Below are positions 37,089-47,600 of a stretch of DNA of 64,000 nt, one piece after another. The position numbers were made by a program, and so were the translations under genes. A model generated the notes under the pieces. It saw only the letters and a program-made list of their open reading frames with translations. It had not been told where the DNA came from and made no database searches. Numbering within the stretch: the stretch's first letter is position 1; every line of letters starts with the position of its first letter. This stretch comes from Clostridia bacterium (GTDB lineage Bacteria > Bacillota > Clostridia > TANB77 > CAG-465), in contig JAVWPP010000002.1 of NCBI GenBank assembly GCA_036635835.1, positions 88,577 to 152,576 on the forward strand, given 5' to 3'.

Positions 37089-38585
37089 ATGAAATCAATA
37101 TTAGAGTGGTTAAAACCAGGAGCAAAAATCAAAAGATATATATTCACACAGTTACTATTTATAGCTTTATTAATATTTAGTGGCGTAACATTATTTACAA
37201 GAGATAATTTATCTATTTCAATGCTAATTGCATTTGTAATACTTATATCTGTATCTATTTTTATGATATTCTTTTCGTTCATTATGGCGCAAAAAAATAT
37301 CTTAGAAATAACTTTAAAATCTATTTCAAAAAACGAAAATACACAGTCTATAAAGAAACTTCTTTATGACGACAATCAGCTAAAAAAAGGACCTAAAGTT
37401 GTAATGATAGGTGGCGGAAGTGGCTTATCTAATATACTTAGAGGCTTAAAACAATATACTAGCAATATCACTGCAGTAGTTACTACCTTTGACGATGGTG
37501 GTAGCACTGGAAAACTTAGAAGCACTTTAGAAGTAGTAGCTCCTGGAGATATTAGAAAATGTATAACAGCGCTTTCTACATCAGAACCAACAATGGAAAA
37601 ACTACTTTCATATAGATTTTCTAATGGAAATGTAGACAATCATGCTCTAGGAAATCTATTCTTAGTTGCTATGACAGAAATAACAGGAAGCTTCCAATCT
37701 GCAATAGAAAAAATATCAGATATATTTTCAGTAAAAGGTAAAGTATTACCTGTAACTTTAGAAAATATGACATTATGTGCAGGGCTTGAAAACGGAGAAG
37801 TAGTTACTGGAGAAGCTAGTATACAGCCTAAATGCTTAGAAGCAAAATCTGCAATAAAACAAGTTTTTCTAAAGCAAGCAACAGGATGCAAAGCAGCTCC
37901 TGGCGTGCTAGATGCAATAAAAGATGCAGACATTGTAGTATTTGGCCCAGGTAGCCTATACACAAGTGTTATTTGCAATTTCCTTGTAGATGAAGTATCA
38001 AGCACAATAATAAAAAGCAAAGCAAAAAAAATGTATGTATGCAATCTAATGACTCAGCCTGGAGAAACAGATGGATATTCTGTTGCAAAACATGTAAATG
38101 AGATTGAAAGATATATAGGACAACATGTTTTAGACTACTGCGTAGTTAATAATGGTGAAATAACAGATGAAATGTTAGTAGAATTTAATCAAGGAACATC
38201 TACACCTGTTAGAATGGATTTAGAAAATATACAAAATAGAACAATATCTGTTGTACAAAAAGATTTAGTAGTAACAGCTAAAAATAGTATTTTACACAAT
38301 AACGAAAAAGTAGCAGAAATAATTGTAGATGCTGCCTTAGCTAGTAAACCTGGAAATTTAAATCTTCTAAAAAAGAAAAAAGATCACAAAAAAAAGGCAA
38401 AAGAAATGTTTAAACTTGTTTCAGAAGAGTTAGAAAAAATAAAAAACAAAAAAAATACTACAGAAGCAAAAACAAAAAAAGAAAATAAAGCTAAGAAAGA
38501 AGAAAAAGGACTAAAACAAGAAAAAGAGCATAAAGAAAAACAAGAAAAAAATGATAAAAATGAAAAAAATGAAAACAAAAAATAA
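37089..38585 (+). CDS. yvcK: YvcK/CofD-like (UPF0052) protein with an extra N-terminal TM region and a Lys/Glu-rich tail
   Basis: Core VVMIGGGSGLSNILRGLK...VVTTFDDGGSTG...GPGSLYTS. About 75 aa with two hydrophobic helices at the N-terminus. About 90 aa of K/E/N-rich tail. Confidence 0.8.
   Translation: MKSILEWLKPGAKIKRYIFTQLLFIALLIFSGVTLFTRDNLSISMLIAFVILISVSIFMIFFSFIMAQKNILEITLKSISKNENTQSIKKLLYDDNQLKKGPKVVMIGGGSGLSNILRGLKQYTSNITAVVTTFDDGGSTGKLRSTLEVVAPGDIRKCITALSTSEPTMEKLLSYRFSNGNVDNHALGNLFLVAMTEITGSFQSAIEKISDIFSVKGKVLPVTLENMTLCAGLENGEVVTGEASIQPKCLEAKSAIKQVFLKQATGCKAAPGVLDAIKDADIVVFGPGSLYTSVICNFLVDEVSSTIIKSKAKKMYVCNLMTQPGETDGYSVAKHVNEIERYIGQHVLDYCVVNNGEITDEMLVEFNQGTSTPVRMDLENIQNRTISVVQKDLVVTAKNSILHNNEKVAEIIVDAALASKPGNLNLLKKKKDHKKKAKEMFKLVSEELEKIKNKKNTTEAKTKKENKAKKEEKGLKQEKEHKEKQEKNDKNEKNENKK
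38544..38576 (+). repeat. In-frame 9-nt tandem repeat (gaaaaaaat gataaaaat gaaaaaaat gaaaac)
   Basis: Read directly. 30 of 32 nt are identical to the comEC tract at 23051. Confidence 0.9.
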
Positions 38586-38630
38586 TTAAAATGAATTATA
38601 GTGAACGTAAGAAAAGTGAGAGGATATAAA

Positions 38631-40508
38631 ATGAGATATGAAAAAGAAAGTTTAAGTTCTTTAGAAAAATGTGTTGATAAAGAATTTTGTATATCAAATG
38701 CCCAAGGTAGTTATTCTTCAACTACATTAGCAGGTATGAATACTAAGCCATATCATGGACTGTTTGTAAAGGATCTATTAGACAAAAAAACAGGCAATAG
38801 TGTAAACAATTTAAAGGTTATTGTATCAAATGTAATTGAAACATTGAGCATTGGCAGTAATCAGCATAAGTTATATTCACTTAGAGTAAAAAACAATATT
38901 ATTGATGGTACAAAATACATAAAAAAGTTCGAAAAAAAGTATTTGCCAAGATGGGAATATGCAGTCGAGAATGTATTTATATCTAAAACTATTACGTTTA
39001 TACACAAAGAAGATATATTATATCTAGAGTATTTAATAGAAAATAGATCTGAGCATAATATAAATTTAAGATTAGAACCACTGCTTACTTTTAGAAGTAT
39101 AGACACAGTTAAAACTAAAGATAAAATGAATTTTACGCAAAGAGAAATAGAAGATGGTGTAAAAGTAAATCTTAGCATTGCTTCAGATGAGTCTGTTTAC
39201 ATCAAATCTAGTGATGTTAGGTTTAGACCAGAACATAAATACATAGAAGGAATACAATATATGTATGCAAAAGAAAAAGGTGAAAATGAAGATTTTGCAG
39301 GAGATGTATATATTCCCGGACAGTTTGATGTTAAGGTTAAAGCTTCAGACAAAAAAATAGTAAGAATTGCTATGGGATCTGTAGATTTAAGCTTAGAAAA
39401 CATAGATAGAATTTCATATGTAGATTTAGAAAACCAAAGAATAGAGAGATTTGTTACAGGTATTGAAAAATATCCAGAAGAAATGAAAGCACTAGCAATT
39501 TCTGCTCATGAACTTGAATTTAGAAATAAAAAAAGCTGGCGAAAGTTGCTACTAAATGGACTTCCTAATACGTCTAATGATATTTGTACAATACTTAGAT
39601 CATTAGAAGGGAACTTTTTAGTTGTAAAACAAGCACATCAAGCTAGAGATATACTTAAATCTACTTCTTCATGTATGAAAGATGGCATAGTAGAATGCAA
39701 TTTAATGAGAAATCAATTACAAACATCTTTTGATAAAGTAGAAGCATCGCTTTGGTATGTAGAAGCAATAAATAGATTTTTACAATATACAGATAACATA
39801 GATTTAGATATAATGTTTTTCAAACCAATAGTTAAGCAAATAGTATATAGATTATTAGATTCAAACAGCGATGAAATAAATTTTGATGATGATTATTTAC
39901 TTAAAGTAAAAGGTAGAGATGAAGCTAATAAATATATACATATAAATGCGTTATTATATAATGCTTTAAAAGTATATTTAGATATGATGGGTGAAAAGAA
40001 CCTTGAATTTGATAAAATACTTAGAATAGCTAATTTAATAAGACAAAGTATAATAGATAATTTCTGGTCTGAGTTTGATAAAAAAATGAAATATGAAGTA
40101 AATGGAGATCCAAGAGAAGCAAGAATAGATATGATATATTGTTTAAGCTTATCTTATCCTGTTTTACACGATAAACTAGCTAACAAACTACTAGATACAA
40201 TTTTCAAAGAATATTATACAGCATACGGAATGCGTAAATATATTAAAGGCTCTGAAAGTTACGATGGAAACATATATCCAAGCTATATGGGACACTTTAT
40301 AAAAGCAAATCTTAGACAAAACGGTATAACAAGAGCAACTCAAAAAATAACATATAATTTAGTAAAAGAATTAGCTCACCAAGTATCTAGCTGCTGCATA
40401 GGCGCTTTACCGCATAAATATTCAGAAGATGAAGTACAAGACTATGGCTGTTTAATGCATGGAGAGTCAATTGCAGAAATGATTCGTATTTTTGATATGT
40501 TGCAATAG
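38631..40508 (+). CDS. Glycogen debranching enzyme-like protein (amylo-alpha-1,6-glucosidase family)
   Basis: N-terminal GSYSSTTLAGMNTKPYHGLF resembles the GDE N-terminal motif (..NTRRYHGLL). Size and the alpha/alpha-barrel-length C-terminus fit. Confidence 0.6.
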   Translation: MRYEKESLSSLEKCVDKEFCISNAQGSYSSTTLAGMNTKPYHGLFVKDLLDKKTGNSVNNLKVIVSNVIETLSIGSNQHKLYSLRVKNNIIDGTKYIKKFEKKYLPRWEYAVENVFISKTITFIHKEDILYLEYLIENRSEHNINLRLEPLLTFRSIDTVKTKDKMNFTQREIEDGVKVNLSIASDESVYIKSSDVRFRPEHKYIEGIQYMYAKEKGENEDFAGDVYIPGQFDVKVKASDKKIVRIAMGSVDLSLENIDRISYVDLENQRIERFVTGIEKYPEEMKALAISAHELEFRNKKSWRKLLLNGLPNTSNDICTILRSLEGNFLVVKQAHQARDILKSTSSCMKDGIVECNLMRNQLQTSFDKVEASLWYVEAINRFLQYTDNIDLDIMFFKPIVKQIVYRLLDSNSDEINFDDDYLLKVKGRDEANKYIHINALLYNALKVYLDMMGEKNLEFDKILRIANLIRQSIIDNFWSEFDKKMKYEVNGDPREARIDMIYCLSLSYPVLHDKLANKLLDTIFKEYYTAYGMRKYIKGSESYDGNIYPSYMGHFIKANLRQNGITRATQKITYNLVKELAHQVSSCCIGALPHKYSEDEVQDYGCLMHGESIAEMIRIFDMLQ

Positions 40509-40519
40509 GAGAATAAAAA

Positions 40520-41140
40520 ATGCTTATTTTAGGAATAGATCCTGGCTTTGCAATAGTAGGCTATGGAGTTATTAATTACGTTAACAACAAATATAAAGTG
40601 CTTGAATATGGCTCTATAATCACAAACGCAGGCGAAAATTTTAATGATAGATTAGTTAAAATTGCTGATGATTTACAGGAAATTTTAAGTTCTTATGAGT
40701 TTGACGCTGTAAGTATAGAAGAACTATTTTTTAATACAAATGTTACTACGGGAATATTTGTAGCGGAAGCAAGAGGAGTAATTTTATACACTATTGCAAA
40801 AAGAAAAATACCTGTCTATGAGTATACGCCAATTCAAATAAAGCAATCTGTTTCAGGCAGTGGAAGAGCAGATAAGCTCCAAATGAAAAAAATGGTTAAA
40901 GATTATTTGAAACTAGAAAGCATGCCAAAGCTAGATGACACAACGGATGCACTAGCTGCAGCAATTACGCATATTCATAGATATAAGTATGAAACAATCG
41001 AAAAAAATAATAATTCTAGAACAAAAATGCAAGAGCTTTCTGACCAAAAAAGTAATATAAACAAATCTGTAGAAAAACAAATACAGCAACAACTTGCCAA
41101 GAAAACTAGATACGATAGGTTAATAAAAAAGATGAAATAA
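40520..41140 (+). CDS. ruvC: Holliday junction resolvase RuvC with a roughly 40-aa basic C-terminal extension
   Basis: ILGIDPGFAIVGYGVI, SIEELFF, QIKQSVSGSGRADK, DTTDALAAAITH motifs. Confidence 0.88.
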   Translation: MLILGIDPGFAIVGYGVINYVNNKYKVLEYGSIITNAGENFNDRLVKIADDLQEILSSYEFDAVSIEELFFNTNVTTGIFVAEARGVILYTIAKRKIPVYEYTPIQIKQSVSGSGRADKLQMKKMVKDYLKLESMPKLDDTTDALAAAITHIHRYKYETIEKNNNSRTKMQELSDQKSNINKSVEKQIQQQLAKKTRYDRLIKKMK

Positions 41141-41144
41141 AAAT

Positions 41145-41177
41145 AAAGTGTAAAGTAAACAATTACTTTACACTTTT
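41145..41177 (+). terminator. Rho-independent terminator
   Basis: aaagtgtaaagtaa acaa ttactttacacttt 14-bp stem. Confidence 0.8.
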
Positions 41178-41223
41178 GCTATATTAGCGAAATGCAGAAT
41201 GTAGAGAAAAACATAAAAAAGAG

Positions 41224-41252
41224 TTGCTTTTTGTTAAGATATAGGGTATAAT
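41224..41252 (+). promoter_or_regulatory. Sigma-A promoter
   Basis: TTGCTT, 17 nt spacer, TATAAT. Confidence 0.6.
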
Positions 41253-41306
41253 AGTAGTAATGTTTAAATAAAGTCAAAGAATAATTATTCTGGAGGCGTA
41301 TTAGTT

Positions 41307-41936
41307 ATGGAATTTCAAATAATAAATTTTTATAACGGTTTTGTTATAGTAGCATTTGCTTCTCTAGTAATAGGATTTATAAAATCAGGTATGGATCAAA
41401 AGAAAGCTAAATTTAAAATACTTCATGCAATAAAAAGTTATATCTCAGATATAGAAGCATATTGTCATAAAGTAAATACAAGCAATTTAACCGAATCTGA
41501 AAAAGATATTTTATATAATGTCATACACAGAAGCGGTATATTGCAATCAATCAAAATGTCCGAAGTTATTATAGGCGAACAAGACGATTGTGATTTTATT
41601 GCTAGACGTATTGAAATTAAATATAATAAAAAACACAATTTATATTTACAAGTATATAACGATATAAATCAAGTATTACTAGAAGCTTTAAGTCTCAAAA
41701 TGGAGATGCCACTAGAAAATGTAGAACAAGGCTATTCTTCATCTAATGAAAAAAGAATGAAAGAAGCAATACATCTTACTAACAAAATTGGACTTACAAA
41801 TGTCAATCTAGAACAAAAAAATACAGACTGCCAAAGCAAAAATAGAAATGAATACAGTAATAAAAAACAACAAGACATTATAGTTGTGCAAGCAGTTAAT
41901 CAAATGACAAAGTCAATACTAAATGCAAGTAACTAA
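41307..41936 (+). CDS. N-terminally membrane-anchored hypothetical protein
   Basis: GGAGG RBS. One TM helix (FVIVAFASLVIGFI). No family recognised. Confidence 0.6.
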   Translation: MEFQIINFYNGFVIVAFASLVIGFIKSGMDQKKAKFKILHAIKSYISDIEAYCHKVNTSNLTESEKDILYNVIHRSGILQSIKMSEVIIGEQDDCDFIARRIEIKYNKKHNLYLQVYNDINQVLLEALSLKMEMPLENVEQGYSSSNEKRMKEAIHLTNKIGLTNVNLEQKNTDCQSKNRNEYSNKKQQDIIVVQAVNQMTKSILNASN

Positions 41937-41991
41937 TAAGTTAAAAAAATCATATAATACACTAACCTTAAAAGGGAGGTGTATTTTTTTT

Positions 41992-42849
41992 ATGTCTATA
42001 GGATTATCACTATCTGGAGGCGGAGCAAAAGGTGCTGCTCATATAGGAGTACTGCAAGCTTTAGCAGATGAAGGAATTGAAATAGATTATATAGCTGGTA
42101 CAAGCAGCGGAAGCATAGTAGCAACGCTCTTTGCAGCTGGATATAAACCTAAAGAAATACTAAATTTATTTAATAACTACTGCAAATATATAAGTGATTA
42201 CGATAAAAAAATACCGTTTAAGCTTATATCTAGCTGTTTTACAGGAAGATTAAACATACAAGGTCTTGTAAAAGGAGATAATTTAGAAAATTTAATGAGA
42301 AAATATTGCTATTTAAAAGATATTAAAAATATAATGGATATAGAAATGCCAATTGTAATACCTGCTGTAGATATAACAACAGGCGAAATAATATATTTTA
42401 CTAATAGAATAAATAGAAATTTTGATGATATGCCAACGATAAAAACATCAGCAGACATTGCAAGCATTGTAAGAGCAAGTTGCAGCTTTCCAGGTATTTT
42501 TGTGCCAAAAGTAATAGACGACAAAGTGCTTGTAGATGGCGGTGTTAGAGATAATTCACCAAATGAAATATTAAAAAAAATGGGGGCAGATAAAATAATA
42601 TCAGTAGAGTTTGAAGACAATAAATATATGATGAAACCCATTAATAATATAATAGACATTACGCTACAGTCTTTTGATATTCTCTCACATCAAGCAAGCG
42701 TAAGCTGCGATGAAATAGCAGACGTTAAAATAGTTCCTCAGCTTAATCAAGTGAGCTTGCTTGAGTGCAACAAATCTAGAGAAATAGCTAAACAAGGATA
42801 TATTGCTACAAAAAAAAGCATGAACGCAATAAAAGAACTACTAGTTTAA
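41992..42849 (+). CDS. Patatin-like phospholipase
   Basis: SGGGAKGAAHIGVL oxyanion loop, GTSSGS nucleophile elbow, VDGGVRDN catalytic Asp. AGGGAGG RBS. Confidence 0.85.
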   Translation: MSIGLSLSGGGAKGAAHIGVLQALADEGIEIDYIAGTSSGSIVATLFAAGYKPKEILNLFNNYCKYISDYDKKIPFKLISSCFTGRLNIQGLVKGDNLENLMRKYCYLKDIKNIMDIEMPIVIPAVDITTGEIIYFTNRINRNFDDMPTIKTSADIASIVRASCSFPGIFVPKVIDDKVLVDGGVRDNSPNEILKKMGADKIISVEFEDNKYMMKPINNIIDITLQSFDILSHQASVSCDEIADVKIVPQLNQVSLLECNKSREIAKQGYIATKKSMNAIKELLV

Positions 42850-42868
42850 AACTAGTAGTTAATTTTTA
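42836..42868. terminator. Bidirectional terminator hairpin
   Basis: aactactagt ttaaa actagtagtt followed by aattttta. Confidence 0.65.
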
Positions 42869-43795
42869 TTTACCTATAAATAATGCAGATACAACATATC
42901 CATATTTTTCGCTCTTAACAACTCCTATACCTATTTGGTTATAGTTTTTAGAAAGAATATTTTCCTTATGAGCAGGAGAAGCTATCCAAGAATCAAAAAC
43001 TTTTTGCATATTGCTGTTTCCAGCTAGATTTTCACCTGCTGCTATATATGAAACGCCAAAATCATTTAACATTTTAAAAGGAGTTCCGTACGTAGGTGAA
43101 ACATGTGCAAAATAATCTTTTTTCACCATATCTGCAGCTTTTAATCTTGCAATATCTAATAAATTTTTAGTCATTAAAAGTTTTGCTTTCCCATTTTTTA
43201 CGCGGTAATCGTTAATTAAACTAAGCAAAGCACGTTCGTTAGTATTTCCTAAAGCTACTATAGGTTTAACATCAGTAGAAACGGTTTGTTTTGCAGTGTC
43301 AAGTAGATCATAGCGAATCATACCAACCGTATTTTTTTCTGTCAAAACAACTTTCCAATCTGAAATCGAGCCAAGTATAGTAACTTTAGCGCCTTTTGAA
43401 AGATTTCCTATCTTAGAAAAAGATTTAGATGGACCTTTCCTTAAATTTGCGGCAGTTACCGAAACATATGCATTTTTTGCACCTTCATTCATATATATTT
43501 TAGATCCGTCAGGAGGTCTATTACTAAGTTTTATATTTCCTTTATAAACAGCTCCAACAGTGTTTTCTCCTGTTTGCACAACATAGAAATCTGCCTGCTC
43601 TGCTACTAATTTTAAAACAGTTCCTTTTTCTAGTGTAATATATCTTTTACTATTTGTTGACGTACCTTGCCTAAAGTTGGTATTAGATATTAGTGTACCG
43701 TACTTTGGTTTAAATGTTTTTATATTTGTTTCTGCATAAGTGTAAGTGTAGATAAGACAAATAATTAAAAACAATAAAGTTAAAATTTTTTTCAT
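42866..43795 (-). CDS. Secreted protein with two SH3b-like domains and a C-terminal CAP (SCP/YkwD-like) domain
   Basis: Signal peptide MKKILTLLFLIICLIYTYTYA. C-terminus YFAHVSPTYGTPF...AGENLA...SWIASPAHKENIL...IGIGV is typical of the CAP domain. Confidence 0.75.
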   Translation of the reverse strand: MKKILTLLFLIICLIYTYTYAETNIKTFKPKYGTLISNTNFRQGTSTNSKRYITLEKGTVLKLVAEQADFYVVQTGENTVGAVYKGNIKLSNRPPDGSKIYMNEGAKNAYVSVTAANLRKGPSKSFSKIGNLSKGAKVTILGSISDWKVVLTEKNTVGMIRYDLLDTAKQTVSTDVKPIVALGNTNERALLSLINDYRVKNGKAKLLMTKNLLDIARLKAADMVKKDYFAHVSPTYGTPFKMLNDFGVSYIAAGENLAGNSNMQKVFDSWIASPAHKENILSKNYNQIGIGVVKSEKYGYVVSALFIGK

Positions 43796-43829
43796 TTAAA
43801 CACCTCAAAAGTATTATTAGTAATATTTA

Positions 43830-43889
43830 AAAATATATACGAAAATATATACGAAAAAATATACAAAAAATTATCAAAAAAATATTAAG
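43830..43889. repeat. Degenerate 12-nt A-tract tandem array (about 5 units)
   Basis: aaaatatatacg x2, aaaaaatataca, aaaaattatcaa, aaaaatattaag, in a divergent promoter region. Confidence 0.85.
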
Positions 43890-43975
43890 GAATAAATAAA
43901 TATGTAGAATACCCTTTATACATTGCACTTTTTATGATATAATGTAGGCAAACGGAGTTAGAAAGGAAGTAAAAT

Positions 43976-44653
43976 ATGTTAAGAATAAGATTACACTATG
44001 CTAAAAGTAAGGAAGCGATGTATATATCACATTTAGATTTAATGGGTGTGTTTGAAAGAAGCTTAAAAAGAGCAGATATAAACGTAAAACATTCTGAGGG
44101 ATTTAATCCAAGACCTGAAATTGTTTTTGCATACCCACTTTCTGTTGGAATTGAAAGTAGAGCAGAACTTTGCGATGTTTTTTTAGAAGAACATTATGAT
44201 GAGTCTGTATTTATAAAGTTACTAAATAATGCTTTACCTACTGGAATAACAATATTAGCGGCATCTTATGTAGATAATAAAGAAAAAAGTTTAATGTCTC
44301 AAGTAGAAAGTGCTGTATATGAAATAACTTTTGAAATTCCAGAAGATGTTATATATATGTCTACTCCTAAAGAACTAGAAAAATTAAATAACGAAATAGA
44401 AGAAAATTTTGAAAAATACTATAAGCAAGACGAAATATTTGTTAATAAAAAAACAAAAAAAGGTTTAGTTGAAGTGGATATAAAAAAACAAATAATAAGA
44501 AGAGACAAATTAGCACCAAATAAATATAGTTTTAAAGTTAGAGCAGGTTCTGTAGATAATTTAAAACCTGAGCTAATTGTACAAGGTTTTGAAGAGTTTA
44601 TATCAGGAAAAATAGATAATTCAATAAAGAGAGTTAAAATAATTTTAGCTTAA
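43976..44653 (+). CDS. DUF2344 / radical-SAM-linked protein family
   Basis: LRIRLHYAKSKEAMYISHLDLMGVFERSLKRADINVKHSEGFNPRPEI matches my recollection of this family. Confidence 0.55.
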   Translation: MLRIRLHYAKSKEAMYISHLDLMGVFERSLKRADINVKHSEGFNPRPEIVFAYPLSVGIESRAELCDVFLEEHYDESVFIKLLNNALPTGITILAASYVDNKEKSLMSQVESAVYEITFEIPEDVIYMSTPKELEKLNNEIEENFEKYYKQDEIFVNKKTKKGLVEVDIKKQIIRRDKLAPNKYSFKVRAGSVDNLKPELIVQGFEEFISGKIDNSIKRVKIILA

Positions 44654-44672
44654 ACATATAGGAGAAATTTTT

Positions 44673-47600
44673 ATGAATGGATTAGTAGAGTTACTTCCAA
44701 AGCAAGAAAAATATAATGAGTTACGTAGCTGCATTTTAGAAAATAGCGAAAAAATAAGCGTTTCTGGGCTTACAGATAGCCAAAAAGCACATATAATATC
44801 TGGATTAGCTAAAGAATCTAAAAACCCAAGTATTATTATTTGCAATAATGTTCTTACTGCAAAAAGATTTATACAAGATATTAAGTTTTTTTCAGATGTA
44901 GAAACTATATATTTTCCAGCTAGAGAAATTGCATATTTTGATGTCGAGGCAGAGAGCAAAGATATTGCTAAGCAAAGAATGTTTGCAATAAATAAAATGC
45001 TTAGTAAAGCGCCATGTATTATTGTAACAACAGTAGAAGCGGCGTCTCAAAGAATGCTACCTGCAGATACGTACGAAGGAATTAACATTGAAATAAGTAT
45101 AAACGATGAAATAGACGAAGATTTACTTATTAGAAAATTTATTAAAATTGGATACACAAAATCAGACTTGGTCGAAGGGCCAGGTCAGTTTGCCGTGCGC
45201 GGAGGAATTATAGATGTGTTTCCAATTAGTAGCGAAATGCCATATAGAGTTGAGCTTTTTGGAGATGAAATAGACAGCATTAGAACCTTCAATAAAGACA
45301 CTCAAAGAACTGTTGAAAGTGTGGATAACTTCAGCATTATCCCTATGAATGAGTACATTATATCAGAAGAAAACTTGCAAAATATAGTAGCTGCTGTGCA
45401 AAATGAGATAGAGTCTAATATTTCTGCAAAATATAATATACCAAGTATAAATAGAGAAATAGAATATATACAAGATGGAAATATTTCAAGATGTGCAGAT
45501 AAATATTCTGCTCTAATAATGAAAGAAAAAAGTAATAATATAATTTCTTTTTTAGACAATCCATTTGTATATATAGATGAACCGGAAAAGTGTATTTCTA
45601 GGCTAGATGGCATAGCAAAAGAGCAAAATGAGACTATAAGAATACTTGCTGAAAAAGGCTGTATAATACCTAAATTTGCATTTACATCTATGTCTCTTGA
45701 TGAAATCAAAAATAATATAAATGAAATATATTTAGAAAAACTAGTAATAGATAAATTACTACATAAAAAAAGAAAAATCATAGAATTTGCAGCAAAAGAA
45801 ATAATATATATTAGAAAATCTATGGATATACATATGAGAGAAATTAAAAATTGGATTCTAGAAAAAAAATATATATTACTTGTTTTCCCTACTAAGCAGT
45901 TAGTAGAAGCTGCTAAAAATCAGCTTATAAACAATAAAATAAATGCAAAAGTTATACCAAGTTTAGATGTTAAACTTAAAAAAGCAGAAGTAAATATTGT
46001 TCAAGGAATTATATCTTCTGGCTTTATGTATGAAGATATTGGACTTGTAGTACTTGCGCAAAATGTCTCGGGTACAGAGAGTAAGAAAAAAGACAGCAAA
46101 GCCTTTAATGGAGCAAATAGTATAGACTTTTCAGATTTAAAAGTAGGAGAATATGTTGTACATATAAATCATGGAATCGGTCAGTATTTAGGCGTTAAAA
46201 CCATAACAGCCGGCGGTATAAAAAAAGATTATATATGCATAAAATATCAAAAAGGTGGAACTTTATATGTTCCTATTTCATCACTAGATTCAATAAGAAA
46301 ATATGCCTGCGATGAAGAAAAGCCACCTAAATTAAATGTTCTTGGAAATAAAGAATGGGAAAAAACAAAAGTAAAAGTAAGTGCAGCCGTTAAAGATATA
46401 GCCAAGGAGCTTATAAAATTATATGCTGTAAGAGACCAAACTAAAGGCTACGCTTTTTCCAAAGATACCGAGTGGCAAAAAGAATTCGAAGACAGCTTCG
46501 AGCACCAAATAACAGAAGATCAAGAAAGATGCACAAATGAAATAAAAGAAGACATGGAAAAAGCAAGGCCTATGGAAAGATTGCTTTGCGGAGATGTAGG
46601 ATTTGGCAAAACAGAAGTAGCCATGAGAGCCGCATTTAAAGCCATTATGGATGGAAAACAAGTTGCATATTTAGTACCAACAACAGTACTTGCAATGCAG
46701 CAGTACAAAACATTTAAAGATAGAATGGACTCATTTGGAATAAAAACGCAGCTCCTATCTAGAACAAGAAGCCCAAAACAACAAAAAGAAATCTTAAAAG
46801 AGCTAAAAGAAGGAAAAATAGATCTAATTGTTGGAACACACAGACTGCTTTCTAGCGATGTCATATACAAAGATTTAGGCTTCCTAATAATAGACGAAGA
46901 ACACAGATTTGGGGTTAAGCACAAAGAAAAATTAAAAGAATATAAAAAAAACATAGACATTCTTTCCATGACGGCAACTCCAATTCCAAGAACGCTGCAT
47001 ATGAGCATAATAGGAATTAGAGACATGAGCGTAATCGCAGAGCCGCCTAGCGAAAGGCTTCCAGTGCATACATATGTATTAGAGTACGATGAAACAACAG
47101 TAAAAAATGCCATAGAAAATGAACTAGAAAGAGACGGTCAAGTTTTCTATCTATACAACAAAGTCCAAGATATAGAAGACGTAACAGAAAAAATTTCGCA
47201 GCTTGTGCCAGACGCAAAAGTAGTTTATGCACATGGGCAAATGGATCCAAAACAAGTAGAAAAAATAATGATGGATTTTGTAGAAAGAAAGACAAATGTG
47301 CTTGTATGTACAACAATATTAGAATCTGGAATAGACATACAAAATGCCAATACAATAATCGTAGAAAATGCAGACAGGCTAGGACTTGCGCAGCTATATC
47401 AAATAAGAGGAAGAGTAGGTAGAAGCTCTAGACTTGCATATGCATATGTTACATATAGAAGAAACAAATCCTTAACAGAAGAAGGAGAAAAAAGATTAAG
47501 AGCAATTAAAGACTTTACCGAGTTTGGCAGTGGCCATAAAATAGCGCTTAGAGACTTAGAAATAAGAGGAGCAGGTAATGTTTTAGGCTCGCAGCAACAT

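Noticed and set aside
41923-41991. Long version of the patatin ORF overlapping the preceding gene
   Set aside because: The AGGGAGG RBS and the conserved GGGAKG motif position support the internal ATG at 41992. The upstream extension is probably not translated, so no translational coupling is claimed.
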